Shown here one piece after another: positions 22,718 through 30,707 of a stretch of 38,577 bases of DNA. Within the stretch, counting starts at the first letter, position 1. Each line of letters begins with the position of its first letter. The notes below the pieces were generated by a model, which was not told the DNA's origin, searched no databases, and saw nothing but the letters and a program-made list of their open reading frames with translations. Both the position numbers and the translations under genes were made by a program. Origin of the DNA: a bacterium (GTDB lineage: Bacteria; Patescibacteriota; Minisyncoccia; Phycocordibacterales; UBA5272); NCBI GenBank assembly GCA_023267475.1, contig JAHFND010000001.1:1-38577 (forward strand), written 5' to 3'.

Positions 22718-23650
22718 ATGATACAAATTCTCAAAAGGATAATAATTATCATTATCGTCGTCATAATAATCGATAGGGCATTTTCGTATTTGTTCATGAA
22801 TTTTATTTTTAAGAAAACCATATCAGGGGAGAGTGGTGGAACGATAAATAATGTGATTAATAGACATAATAATTTAGATTTTCTAATTCTTGGTGCATCG
22901 CGTGCGAAGCATGGAATAGACCCGAAGTATCTTACAGCACTCGGAAATGATGGTTTTAATTTAGGAATAAATGGTACGAGTATTTTAAATAGTCTACTTG
23001 TACTGGATATTCTTATACAGAATAATGCGAAGCCTAAGACTGTAGTAGTGCAGGCAGATTTATTTGAATTCGTTAAAGGATTCGATCCTTATGTTTCTGA
23101 GCAGGCGAAAAAGGTTTATCCATACGACACAGAACTTATAAGAGAATATGTGCGTAATGCAGGTAAAGTAGAACAAGTTAAATATTTTTTTGAGACATAT
23201 CGTCTTAACAGAAAGATATTGAATGTGGCAGTTAATTTCTTTAAAAGAAATACTATAAATATTGGAAATGGGTATGTCGGATTAACTAATACTACTGCAG
23301 TACCTGATGATATATCAGTGTCAGGGGATTATGTATATGACAGTGGTGGGGTGCACGCGGAGTCTGTAAAAAAGATTAAAAAATTAGCCGATGAAAACAA
23401 TATAAAGTTGATAATTGTATTTCCTCCTTTTTATAAAAACGTTTCTTATAATAAATTAGAGCAAAAGCGAATAGATGATGATTTCACAAATAGCGGTATT
23501 ACAGTTATAGATATGTCTGATGTGGAAAAGTATAAAGAATTAGAGGGAATAGAAAATTGGAGGGATTCATTTCATTTTAATTCTGTTGGAGCAGAAAAGT
23601 TCTCTATTCTTTTGAATGAGGAGATAAAGAAGAGGAATACTGGGAGGTAG
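22718..23650 (+). CDS. Membrane-anchored extracytoplasmic partner of the MBOAT protein (AlgJ/DltD/SGNH-like, tentative)
   Basis: ATG 22718 is 1 nt after the MBOAT stop; the track start 22661 overlaps the MBOAT gene. N-terminal TM helix, then LILGASRAKHGIDP. Gene order matches known MBOAT two-gene modules. Confidence 0.6.
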   Translation: MIQILKRIIIIIIVVIIIDRAFSYLFMNFIFKKTISGESGGTINNVINRHNNLDFLILGASRAKHGIDPKYLTALGNDGFNLGINGTSILNSLLVLDILIQNNAKPKTVVVQADLFEFVKGFDPYVSEQAKKVYPYDTELIREYVRNAGKVEQVKYFFETYRLNRKILNVAVNFFKRNTINIGNGYVGLTNTTAVPDDISVSGDYVYDSGGVHAESVKKIKKLADENNIKLIIVFPPFYKNVSYNKLEQKRIDDDFTNSGITVIDMSDVEKYKELEGIENWRDSFHFNSVGAEKFSILLNEEIKKRNTGR

Positions 23651-23651
23651 C

Positions 23652-23791
23652 TGATGGAGAGAGTGGGATGTTCGGTCACAAAACTACCTCACTTCGTTCG
23701 AAGTAGTTTCGCGACCCCGTATTCGAATCCCACCGAAAAGTGATGCAGATCACTTTTCTTCTCTACGCAGTTTTTCACTACGTTCAAAACT
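23652..23791 (-). repeat. tRNA-Ser-linked composite structure (copy H of the repeat family plus duplicated tRNA 3' segment)
   Basis: ggagagagtgggat (23656-23669) duplicates 14 nt of the adjacent tRNA 3' end. The T-stem strands gtgggat (23663-23669) and atcccac (23727-23733) are separated by 57 nt. That gap contains the hairpin ggtcacaaaactac (23674-23687) / gtagtttcgcgacc (23703-23716). Further hairpins at 23735-23758 and 23765-23783. Confidence 0.6.
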
Positions 23792-23881
23792 TGGCGGAGA
23801 GAGTGGGATTCGAACCCACGGACCTAATAAAAGGTCGACGGTTTAGTAAACCGTTGATTTAAACCACTCATCCATCTCTCC
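23792..23881 (-). tRNA. Type II (long variable arm) tRNA, Ser-like, anticodon ACU; CCA encoded
   Basis: Minus strand: ggagaga tg gat gagtggtttaa atc a acggt ttACTaa accgt cgaccttttattaggtcc gtggg ttcgaat cccac tctctcc g cca. The layout is collinear with E. coli tRNA-Ser. Confidence 0.8.
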
Positions 23882-23905
23882 ATGGTTTGTCTTTGGAAAC
23901 GTCTT

Positions 23906-23995
23906 TGGCGGAGACGATGGGATTTGAACCCATGAGGGGCGTGAACCCCTGCCTCGTTAGCAGTGAGGTGCCTTCGACCACTCAGCCACGTCTCC
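23906..23995 (-). tRNA. tRNA-Ser (anticodon GCU), CCA encoded
   Basis: Minus strand: ggagacg tg gct gagtggtcgaa ggc a cctca ctGCTaa cgagg caggggttcacgcccctc atggg ttcaaat cccat cgtctcc g cca. Extended -10 TGtTAGAAT lies about 11 nt upstream. Confidence 0.92.
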
Positions 23996-24038
23996 GAATG
24001 CGTTCTATTCTAACATAATTTATTTATATTGGTATTTC

Positions 24039-24599
24039 TTATTTTCTCTTAAAAAATTCTTCAATATCTATCTCATACCATTCTTTTGGAATTTTTTCTT
24101 TAAACCAAATACTGCGTTCATAATCATCAAGTTCTGTTGCGATAACCCATGTAAGTACAACAACAAATACTATAGAAAATATTGCCACTGCACCTATAAG
24201 AAGATTTTCATAATTGAACACCATAGAAAGTGCAATTAAAATAAACGAAGGAGCACCTACTAAAATGTGCATCATTATAGGTAGCTGCTCGTCTCTGTAC
24301 AAAAGAAATGTTTCAAGATCTTTTTGTAGTACACATTTAGAAATTATCTTATATTCTTTAAAGACGGATTCTACAGCTATTGAGGCAAATATCACATATA
24401 TAAAAGCCACTAAAGGCATTATCATAAACAAAATTGGATTCTCTGATTGCTTACTAAAAATTATTCCGTGATCATATAGGCCATATTTCCAAATGAGGAC
24501 CATTATAAATCCAGAGACAAGAGGTTTGAACACTATAGGTAAATGTCGGTTCACTGTATTCCAATTTCTGTTCCAGGGTATAAAGTTTCTTTTTTTCAT
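24039..24599 (-). CDS. Hypothetical polytopic membrane protein
   Basis: 186-aa ORF with about four hydrophobic spans. No family recognised. Confidence 0.55.
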   Translation of the reverse strand: MKKRNFIPWNRNWNTVNRHLPIVFKPLVSGFIMVLIWKYGLYDHGIIFSKQSENPILFMIMPLVAFIYVIFASIAVESVFKEYKIISKCVLQKDLETFLLYRDEQLPIMMHILVGAPSFILIALSMVFNYENLLIGAVAIFSIVFVVVLTWVIATELDDYERSIWFKEKIPKEWYEIDIEEFFKRK

Positions 24600-24757
24600 G
24601 TGTTAATAAAATACTATGTTTTTATAATCGTTTAGTCAATCTTTATTAAGATGTGAAGTGATATTTCCTATCCCCACTTTACTTCTTGTAACTTGCTATA
24701 CTAATAATAAGAACTTCTTTGTTCTTGGATATTAGTATTTTAATCTTCTAAATAAAT

Positions 24758-25321
24758 ATGAATAAATTATATATGGGTACAGTGATTGCGCTTGCTACAA
24801 TTTCATTTGTAAGTGCGCAGGATACTCCAAAGCCAGTTCCTCCACAAGTAGCGCCTATGATGACTACTGGGGATGCGACAATTGATGCACAGATCAAAGC
24901 GCTTAACATGGAGATGGAAACTAAGATAAAAGCAATCCGTGATGATTACTTATCTAGAATTAAGACAATTGTAGGTGATAAGAAGCCGATGATGGCCTCA
25001 ACTACACCTCGTGGAATGATGGAGGGAAAGAAAAAGGGATTTGATGATGGTAAGAAAATGGGGCGACCATTTGCTTCTTCAACAGACGGCACAATGAGAC
25101 CACCTATGATGCGAAGAGAAGATGGCCAAGGTGAACAAGGAGACAGGGGTGACAATAGAGGAGAAGGTCAGAGGCCTCTTCCTCCACAAGGACAAATGGG
25201 AGATAGTGTAGGTCCACGTATCCAGAATTTCTTTAGAGGATTCTTTGGTGGACAAGGACAATCAAATGATAATAGAGGATCATCAAATGGTAATGATTTA
25301 GGACCTAAACCAAATAACTAA
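24758..25321 (+). CDS. Hypothetical secreted low-complexity (Gly/Met/Pro/Gln-rich) protein
   Basis: 187 aa. Signal peptide MNKLYMGTVIALATISFVSA|QD, then a repetitive M/P/G/Q/R-rich sequence. Confidence 0.55.
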   Translation: MNKLYMGTVIALATISFVSAQDTPKPVPPQVAPMMTTGDATIDAQIKALNMEMETKIKAIRDDYLSRIKTIVGDKKPMMASTTPRGMMEGKKKGFDDGKKMGRPFASSTDGTMRPPMMRREDGQGEQGDRGDNRGEGQRPLPPQGQMGDSVGPRIQNFFRGFFGGQGQSNDNRGSSNGNDLGPKPNN

Positions 25322-25331
25322 TTTTGGTTTT

Positions 25332-25371
25332 AAAATAAATAAGCGCGCCTTACGGCGCGCTTATTTATTTT
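25332..25371. terminator. Bidirectional intrinsic terminator
   Basis: aaaataaataagcgcgcc-ttac-ggcgcgcttatttatttt, a perfect 18-bp stem between convergent genes. Confidence 0.8.
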
Positions 25372-25966
25372 AATGAGCTAAAGTTATTGCATTCACGCTT
25401 CTTGCACCATTTTTCAATAAAACTTTTCTTGCCTCATCTAGTGTCGCGCCAGTTGTAGTAACATCATCTATTAAAATTATATTCATATCAGCAACTGAAG
25501 ATTTTAAATCAAAGCTATTTTTTTGATTTTTTATTCTTTCACCACGAGTTTTAGTAGTCACTTGGCGCTTTTTATTTTTAAAACGTATAAGAATATCACT
25601 TCTTGTCGATACGTTCTTTTCTTTAGAAATTTCTTTTGCTATGAGTTCTGCTTGATTATACCCACGCATATATTTTCTTAGTGTTGGCATTGGGATAGGT
25701 ATCAATATTGAGTCAGGTGGTATAGAAAATTTATACCCTCTGATAAGCGGGAGAATTAAATCGCGTCTATGATGATATTTTATTGCGTGGATTATATCTT
25801 TTACTCTTTTATCTTTAAAACTATAAAGACTGTGAATGTATAAGTATGGAGAGTCTACAGGTTTTTTGAAAGAAGGAAGACAATCATCACATAAATTTTT
25901 ACCTTCTTTCTTACATATAAAACAAGAAGGTGGAAATATTATGTTTATTAGCTTTATAGTCCACAT
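25370..25966 (-). CDS. comFC: ComF-family competence protein (ComFC, phosphoribosyltransferase fold)
   Basis: 198 aa. N-terminal Cys cluster (PPSCFICKKEGKNLCDDC). PRTase motif ILIDDVTTTGATL. Confidence 0.85.
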   Translation of the reverse strand: MWTIKLINIIFPPSCFICKKEGKNLCDDCLPSFKKPVDSPYLYIHSLYSFKDKRVKDIIHAIKYHHRRDLILPLIRGYKFSIPPDSILIPIPMPTLRKYMRGYNQAELIAKEISKEKNVSTRSDILIRFKNKKRQVTTKTRGERIKNQKNSFDLKSSVADMNIILIDDVTTTGATLDEARKVLLKNGARSVNAITLAH

Positions 25967-26020
25967 GTAAGTAGTTTATACATGAAATGACAAGAGGTTA
26001 CAGTGTATACTTAAGTATAT

Positions 26021-27088
26021 ATGTTTCCTTTCTTTAAAAAAGAAGAATTAGGTCAGGCTATTGGACTTGATATAGGATCTTCATCTATTAAGGTTGTTCA
26101 ACTTCGTCGCGAGAAAGAAAAAATAATTTTGGAAACCTACGGTGAAATAGCTCTTGGTCCATATGGTGGTATGCAAGTAGGGCAGGCTGTTCATTTAGGA
26201 GAGGAAAAAACTATTGAGGCAATAAATGATGTGTTGAAGGAGGCAAAGATTACTGCGCGTGATGCAGTAGTTGCTATCGACCCTTCATCTGCTTATGTGT
26301 CTTTGGTTAAAGTACCTAAAGTAGACGACAATGAATTAAAGACAATGATGCCACTTGAGGCACGTAAGTATATTCCTGTTCCTTTGTCTGAAGTTCAGAT
26401 GGATTGGTGGCATATTCCTATGACTGTAAATATCGGGAAAGAAGAGAGAATGGTAAATGTGGTGCTAGCAGCTGTGAGTAATGAAACAATGACTGCGTAT
26501 GACAGAATAGTTCAAAAAATTGGTCTTAAAAATGTCGAATATGAAATACATGGGTATAGTATTGTTCGTAGTTGTTCACCGAAGACGCAAGGGATGATTC
26601 TTTATGTAGATATCGGAGCGCAATACACTACTTTATCACTTGTTTTTCAAAATACAGTGCTTGATATGCATGTTATATCACGAGGTTCACAAGACAGTAC
26701 CATTCAACTTTCTAAAGCACTTTCGATTCCGATAGAAACTGCTGAAGATACAAAACGTACATTTGGATATCTTGGTGATTCATCTAATCTTTATATTAAA
26801 GATGTCATGCAACTTTCTAGTTATCCACTGTTTGGTGAGGTTGCACGTCTATCACTAATGTTCGAAAGAAAGTATAATCAGAATATAGAAGGAATAATTT
26901 TATCAGGTGGTGGAGCAAGAGTTCCTGGTGTTATTGATGTTTACAATCAAACTGTACACATAGCAGGAAGAGTAGCTACACCATTTGAGCAGATTGATGT
27001 TCCGCCATTTCTTCATGAGATGATAGAACGTATCGGTCCGACTTATGCAGTAGCAGTCGGATGTGCTCTGAAAAAATTAGTTCCATAA
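26021..27088 (+). CDS. pilM: Type IV pilus assembly protein PilM (actin-like ATPase fold)
   Basis: 355 aa. GLDIGSSSIKVVQL phosphate-1 motif and DIGAQYTTL, SGGGARVPG motifs. Confidence 0.88.
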   Translation: MFPFFKKEELGQAIGLDIGSSSIKVVQLRREKEKIILETYGEIALGPYGGMQVGQAVHLGEEKTIEAINDVLKEAKITARDAVVAIDPSSAYVSLVKVPKVDDNELKTMMPLEARKYIPVPLSEVQMDWWHIPMTVNIGKEERMVNVVLAAVSNETMTAYDRIVQKIGLKNVEYEIHGYSIVRSCSPKTQGMILYVDIGAQYTTLSLVFQNTVLDMHVISRGSQDSTIQLSKALSIPIETAEDTKRTFGYLGDSSNLYIKDVMQLSSYPLFGEVARLSLMFERKYNQNIEGIILSGGGARVPGVIDVYNQTVHIAGRVATPFEQIDVPPFLHEMIERIGPTYAVAVGCALKKLVP

Positions 27089-27095
27089 AATATTC

Positions 27096-27872
27096 ATGCC
27101 GTTTTCATTTAAACCAACAGAAGCAAATACTGGAGAGCAAGCTCAAGTACCAAATGTAGAAGGAGTCATCCCTCCATCTAACATTTCTTCTTCGTCATCT
27201 AAAGATACTTTTTCTACAAGATTTTCTGCAGAAGGTAGGGGTATAGTACAGACAGTATTAATGGCTGTCTTTGGTTTTTCTATTCTAGTGACGATTGTAC
27301 TATTTGGATATAATTTTTATTTAAATTCTCAAATCGATAATAAAAAAGCAGAACTCGATAACTACGAAAAACAATTCGGGTCACTACAGTTACAAGATAT
27401 GCAAGCTTTATCAAGTAGAATGAAAATGGTATCGACTTTAGTGAAAGAACACCCTTCTGTTCGTGTAGCGTTTCGTCTTTTAGAAGACAGTGTGGAGAAT
27501 CCAGTTATATATAAGAGTTTTGATTTACATTTTTCAGAAAGTTCTCATGCTTATGAGTTATCTCTTGCAGCGAATGCACCTGACTATCATTCAGTGGTTA
27601 ATCAGATGGACACATTTAAAAGAAAGCCATTCTCTGATTATGTTAAAAATGTTGTTATTAGTGGCCTCAAGCCAGACACTTCAGGTAAAGTTACATTTAA
27701 TTTAAAAATGCCTATAACTATCACAGGTGTATTACCAGAAGGTCTAACTTCAAAAGATGTACCACAAGCGACATCTTCTATCTCTGTCGCAACTTCTACA
27801 ATTAATTCTATAAAGGTAAGCACAAGCACTACCTCTACAAGTACATCTAATGTGACAACTAAGAAACCATAA
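27096..27872 (+). CDS. Bitopic membrane protein in the PilN position (PilN-like, tentative) with Ser/Thr-rich tail
   Basis: 258 aa. A single TM segment (VLMAVFGFSILVTIVLFGY) followed by a coiled coil. No INLLP motif. The call rests on position after pilM. Confidence 0.4.
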   Translation: MPFSFKPTEANTGEQAQVPNVEGVIPPSNISSSSSKDTFSTRFSAEGRGIVQTVLMAVFGFSILVTIVLFGYNFYLNSQIDNKKAELDNYEKQFGSLQLQDMQALSSRMKMVSTLVKEHPSVRVAFRLLEDSVENPVIYKSFDLHFSESSHAYELSLAANAPDYHSVVNQMDTFKRKPFSDYVKNVVISGLKPDTSGKVTFNLKMPITITGVLPEGLTSKDVPQATSSISVATSTINSIKVSTSTTSTSTSNVTTKKP

Positions 27873-27876
27873 CATT

Positions 27877-28431
27877 ATGTCAAAAAATCTCTTAAACTTA
27901 CTTCTTTTAGTTTCAACTGTAGTGATTTTTTATGTGGTTGTGAGTCCTTTATATACAGGGTCAGGTACAATATGGCAACCAGAACAGGGAATAGTATCAC
28001 TTAGAAATACAAATACACAATACGATGAAGCTTTAAATAAGGCTCAGACTTTAATACAAGATGCGAAAAGCCTTCGCTCAAAGTATGACGGTGTCCCACA
28101 AGATACAAAAACTAAATTAAAGGTGATGGTTCCAGACAGAAAAGATATTGATCCAGTTAGAATGGTGAGTGAGGTAAATACAATAGCTAACATGTCAGGA
28201 GTTTCTCTTTCAGATTTATCTTACACAGAAGGCATAGGCGTAGGCAATAAGGGTTCTTATACTATTTCTTTTTCAGTAAAAACAACTTACAATAAATTTA
28301 AGGAAATTATGCGTAATTATGAAACAAGTCTTAGATTATATTCAATACAAAGCGTAGTGTTTGCTATACCAGAAACAGATAGTAGTATAATTCCTTTCCA
28401 AGTTAAAATGGATACCTACTATATAAAATAA
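27877..28431 (+). CDS. Bitopic membrane protein in the PilO position (PilO-like, tentative)
   Basis: 184 aa with an N-terminal TM segment and a coiled-coil region. The assignment is positional. Confidence 0.4.
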   Translation: MSKNLLNLLLLVSTVVIFYVVVSPLYTGSGTIWQPEQGIVSLRNTNTQYDEALNKAQTLIQDAKSLRSKYDGVPQDTKTKLKVMVPDRKDIDPVRMVSEVNTIANMSGVSLSDLSYTEGIGVGNKGSYTISFSVKTTYNKFKEIMRNYETSLRLYSIQSVVFAIPETDSSIIPFQVKMDTYYIK

Positions 28432-28432
28432 T

Positions 28433-28768
28433 ATGCAACTTCCATCATTTTTTGTACAAAAGAAAACCTTAGTAGTAGAGACTATAGTTTTAGTTATATT
28501 TCTTGTTGGAGTTTATTATCTGTACACAATATTTAGTGAACAAACTCCAGTAGCTACAAGTTCACAAAATAACCAACTATTAGGCCAAAATCTTACACTT
28601 TTTTTGAAAGCAGAAAGTCAGGATAAATTGTCATTCGATACTTCTTCATTCATGAGTCAGCCTCTTATTTCGCAACTACAAGATTTTACTGAGACAATAT
28701 TGCCAGCATCTTCTCGTGGAAGAGACGATCCATTTGCACCTTATGCTTTTACTAGATCTATTCGTTAG
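28433..28768 (+). CDS. Small bitopic protein with C-terminal RGRDDPFAPY motif (PilP-like position)
   Basis: 111 aa with an N-terminal TM segment. It overlaps the pilB start by 26 nt, which suggests translational coupling. Confidence 0.4.
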   Translation: MQLPSFFVQKKTLVVETIVLVIFLVGVYYLYTIFSEQTPVATSSQNNQLLGQNLTLFLKAESQDKLSFDTSSFMSQPLISQLQDFTETILPASSRGRDDPFAPYAFTRSIR

Positions 28769-30503
28769 TCAAAATAAATTAACTGAACTTGAAGCAAAAG
28801 ATATTGAATCTGATCTTTCGCTTCGTGATGACATGCTTGTGGATACTGCTTTGCTTCAGAAGGGTATTAAGTCAGACGAAGTTACTGAAGTGAGAAGTGT
28901 CTTATATGGACTACCTATTTATAAAAATGAAATACCAGAGGATAAGGAACTTACAAAATATATAAGTGTCACTCAGTCTAAGCAGTTACTCGCAGTACCT
29001 ATAGAATTAAAAGATGGAGTATTGTCTGTGGGGGTAGTGGATCCAGAGCATGCAAATGTGTTAGATAGTTTACAATTTTTATTTGGTACAGATCATCAGG
29101 CTTATAAAGTTTATTTAATAACTTATGATGCATACAAGAAACATTTTGGAATAGTAGAGTCTGATAATAATACTTCAGACATTAAAGCGTCTCTTACAGG
29201 AAAAGTAGATGAAGGGAAAGAGATATCTTATATATCAAAAGATGATACACAAGAAAAAGAGAAAGAGGGTCTAAATGAAAATATGGATTTGTCAGATGTC
29301 TCAGGGTTACTTGATGAAGGGTTAGCGAAACTACCCATACCAGATATTTTTAGTGCGATACTTCGTTATGCTATAGACAATGGTGCCAGTGATATTCACA
29401 TAGAGCATATAGGTACTGCAGTTAGAGCACGTGTTCGAATGGATGGACAACTAGAAACAATTACAACTCTCCCAGTAAAAATGCATCCTATGCTTGTGGC
29501 ACGTATAAAGATTCTTTGTTCTATAAAACTCGATGAAAAGAGAAAGCCACAAGACGGAAGATTCAGTACTAAATTTGGTGATCATACAATAGATTATCGT
29601 GTGTCTACTTTTCCTGGATATTATGGTGAGAAAGTAGTGCTTCGTATTTTGGATAGCTATAAAGGAGTCCGTCCTATTGATACTCTAGGTTTTAGAGATC
29701 AACAAATGAAAGAAATTCGTGAAGCCCTTGCTCGTCCATATGGAATGATACTAATCTGTGGACCTACAGGATCTGGAAAGACAACTACTCTTTATTCGAT
29801 GTTGAATGAAATCGATCGAGAACACAGAAATGTGGTTTCTCTTGAAGATCCAATAGAATATAATGTGCCCTCAATGAATCAATCTCAAGTTTTTCCAGAG
29901 ATTGGATATACATTCGCTTCTGGTCTTCGTTCTATTTTACGTCAAGATCCTGACGTAATCATGGTGGGAGAAATTCGTGATGCTGAAACTGCACAGCTTG
30001 CCATTCAAGCAGCTCTAACTGGTCACTTAGTGTTCTCTACTATTCACACTAATACTGCAATCGGTGTAGTAACTCGTTTGTTAGATATGGGTATAGAACC
30101 ATATCTTATTGCTCCAACTATTATTGCAACAATTGGACAGAGACTTTCAAGACAAATTGCTGAAGGATGTGCAGTTCCTATGCAGATGACAGCAGGACTT
30201 ACAGAGATGGTGAATGAATCATTTAAAGATTTGCCAGACGAATTTAAAAAGAATTTTCCACTAGATAAACCACTAAATGAAGCAAAACCAAATGTTAAAT
30301 TTGCGAATGGTATGAAGGGAAGAGTGCCAGTGTTTGAAGTTTTGACATTCACTCAAGACATAGAAGAAGCTGTACTACATAGTAAAGGAGAAGAAGAGAT
30401 ATGGAAATTGGCGCGTGCAAATGGAATGATAACTATGAAAGAAGATGCGATTATAAAGTGTATTGAGGGTGTTATACCGTTTGTCGAAATAAACGAACTA
30501 TAA
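28743..30503 (+). CDS. pilB: Type IV pilus extension ATPase PilB (GspE family)
   Basis: Walker A GPTGSGKTTT, Asp box, Walker B DVIMVGEIRD, His box. N-terminal GSPII-type domain. The start is uncertain: ATG 28743 or GTG 28716. Confidence 0.92.
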   Translation: MLLLDLFVSQNKLTELEAKDIESDLSLRDDMLVDTALLQKGIKSDEVTEVRSVLYGLPIYKNEIPEDKELTKYISVTQSKQLLAVPIELKDGVLSVGVVDPEHANVLDSLQFLFGTDHQAYKVYLITYDAYKKHFGIVESDNNTSDIKASLTGKVDEGKEISYISKDDTQEKEKEGLNENMDLSDVSGLLDEGLAKLPIPDIFSAILRYAIDNGASDIHIEHIGTAVRARVRMDGQLETITTLPVKMHPMLVARIKILCSIKLDEKRKPQDGRFSTKFGDHTIDYRVSTFPGYYGEKVVLRILDSYKGVRPIDTLGFRDQQMKEIREALARPYGMILICGPTGSGKTTTLYSMLNEIDREHRNVVSLEDPIEYNVPSMNQSQVFPEIGYTFASGLRSILRQDPDVIMVGEIRDAETAQLAIQAALTGHLVFSTIHTNTAIGVVTRLLDMGIEPYLIAPTIIATIGQRLSRQIAEGCAVPMQMTAGLTEMVNESFKDLPDEFKKNFPLDKPLNEAKPNVKFANGMKGRVPVFEVLTFTQDIEEAVLHSKGEEEIWKLARANGMITMKEDAIIKCIEGVIPFVEINEL

Positions 30504-30506
30504 GTT

Positions 30507-30621
30507 GTCTATAAAATAAGCAATTATTTCGTTGGAAGAATTTTTTGTTCCCACAATGTACTATGTGTACATTTTAGTCACAAAAAATTCTTCCGCCTCG
30601 TACTAATCTTATTTTCTAAAC
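30507..30621 (+). repeat. Nested-palindrome intergenic repeat, copy E
   Basis: Starts 4 nt after the pilB stop. Outer arms gtctataaaataag / cttattttctaaac (12/14). 5' box ttatttcgttgg. Inner stem gaagaattttttgt / acaaaaaattcttc. Centre aatgtac-tatgt-gtacatt. 3' box cgcctcgtacta. Confidence 0.8.
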
Positions 30622-30707
30622 AAATGAATTCTATAAAATATTGACTATCAACTGCCCTATGTTAGTTATGCAATTGTTTTTCATAACTCGCTTGTTATAC
30701 TAAAAAT

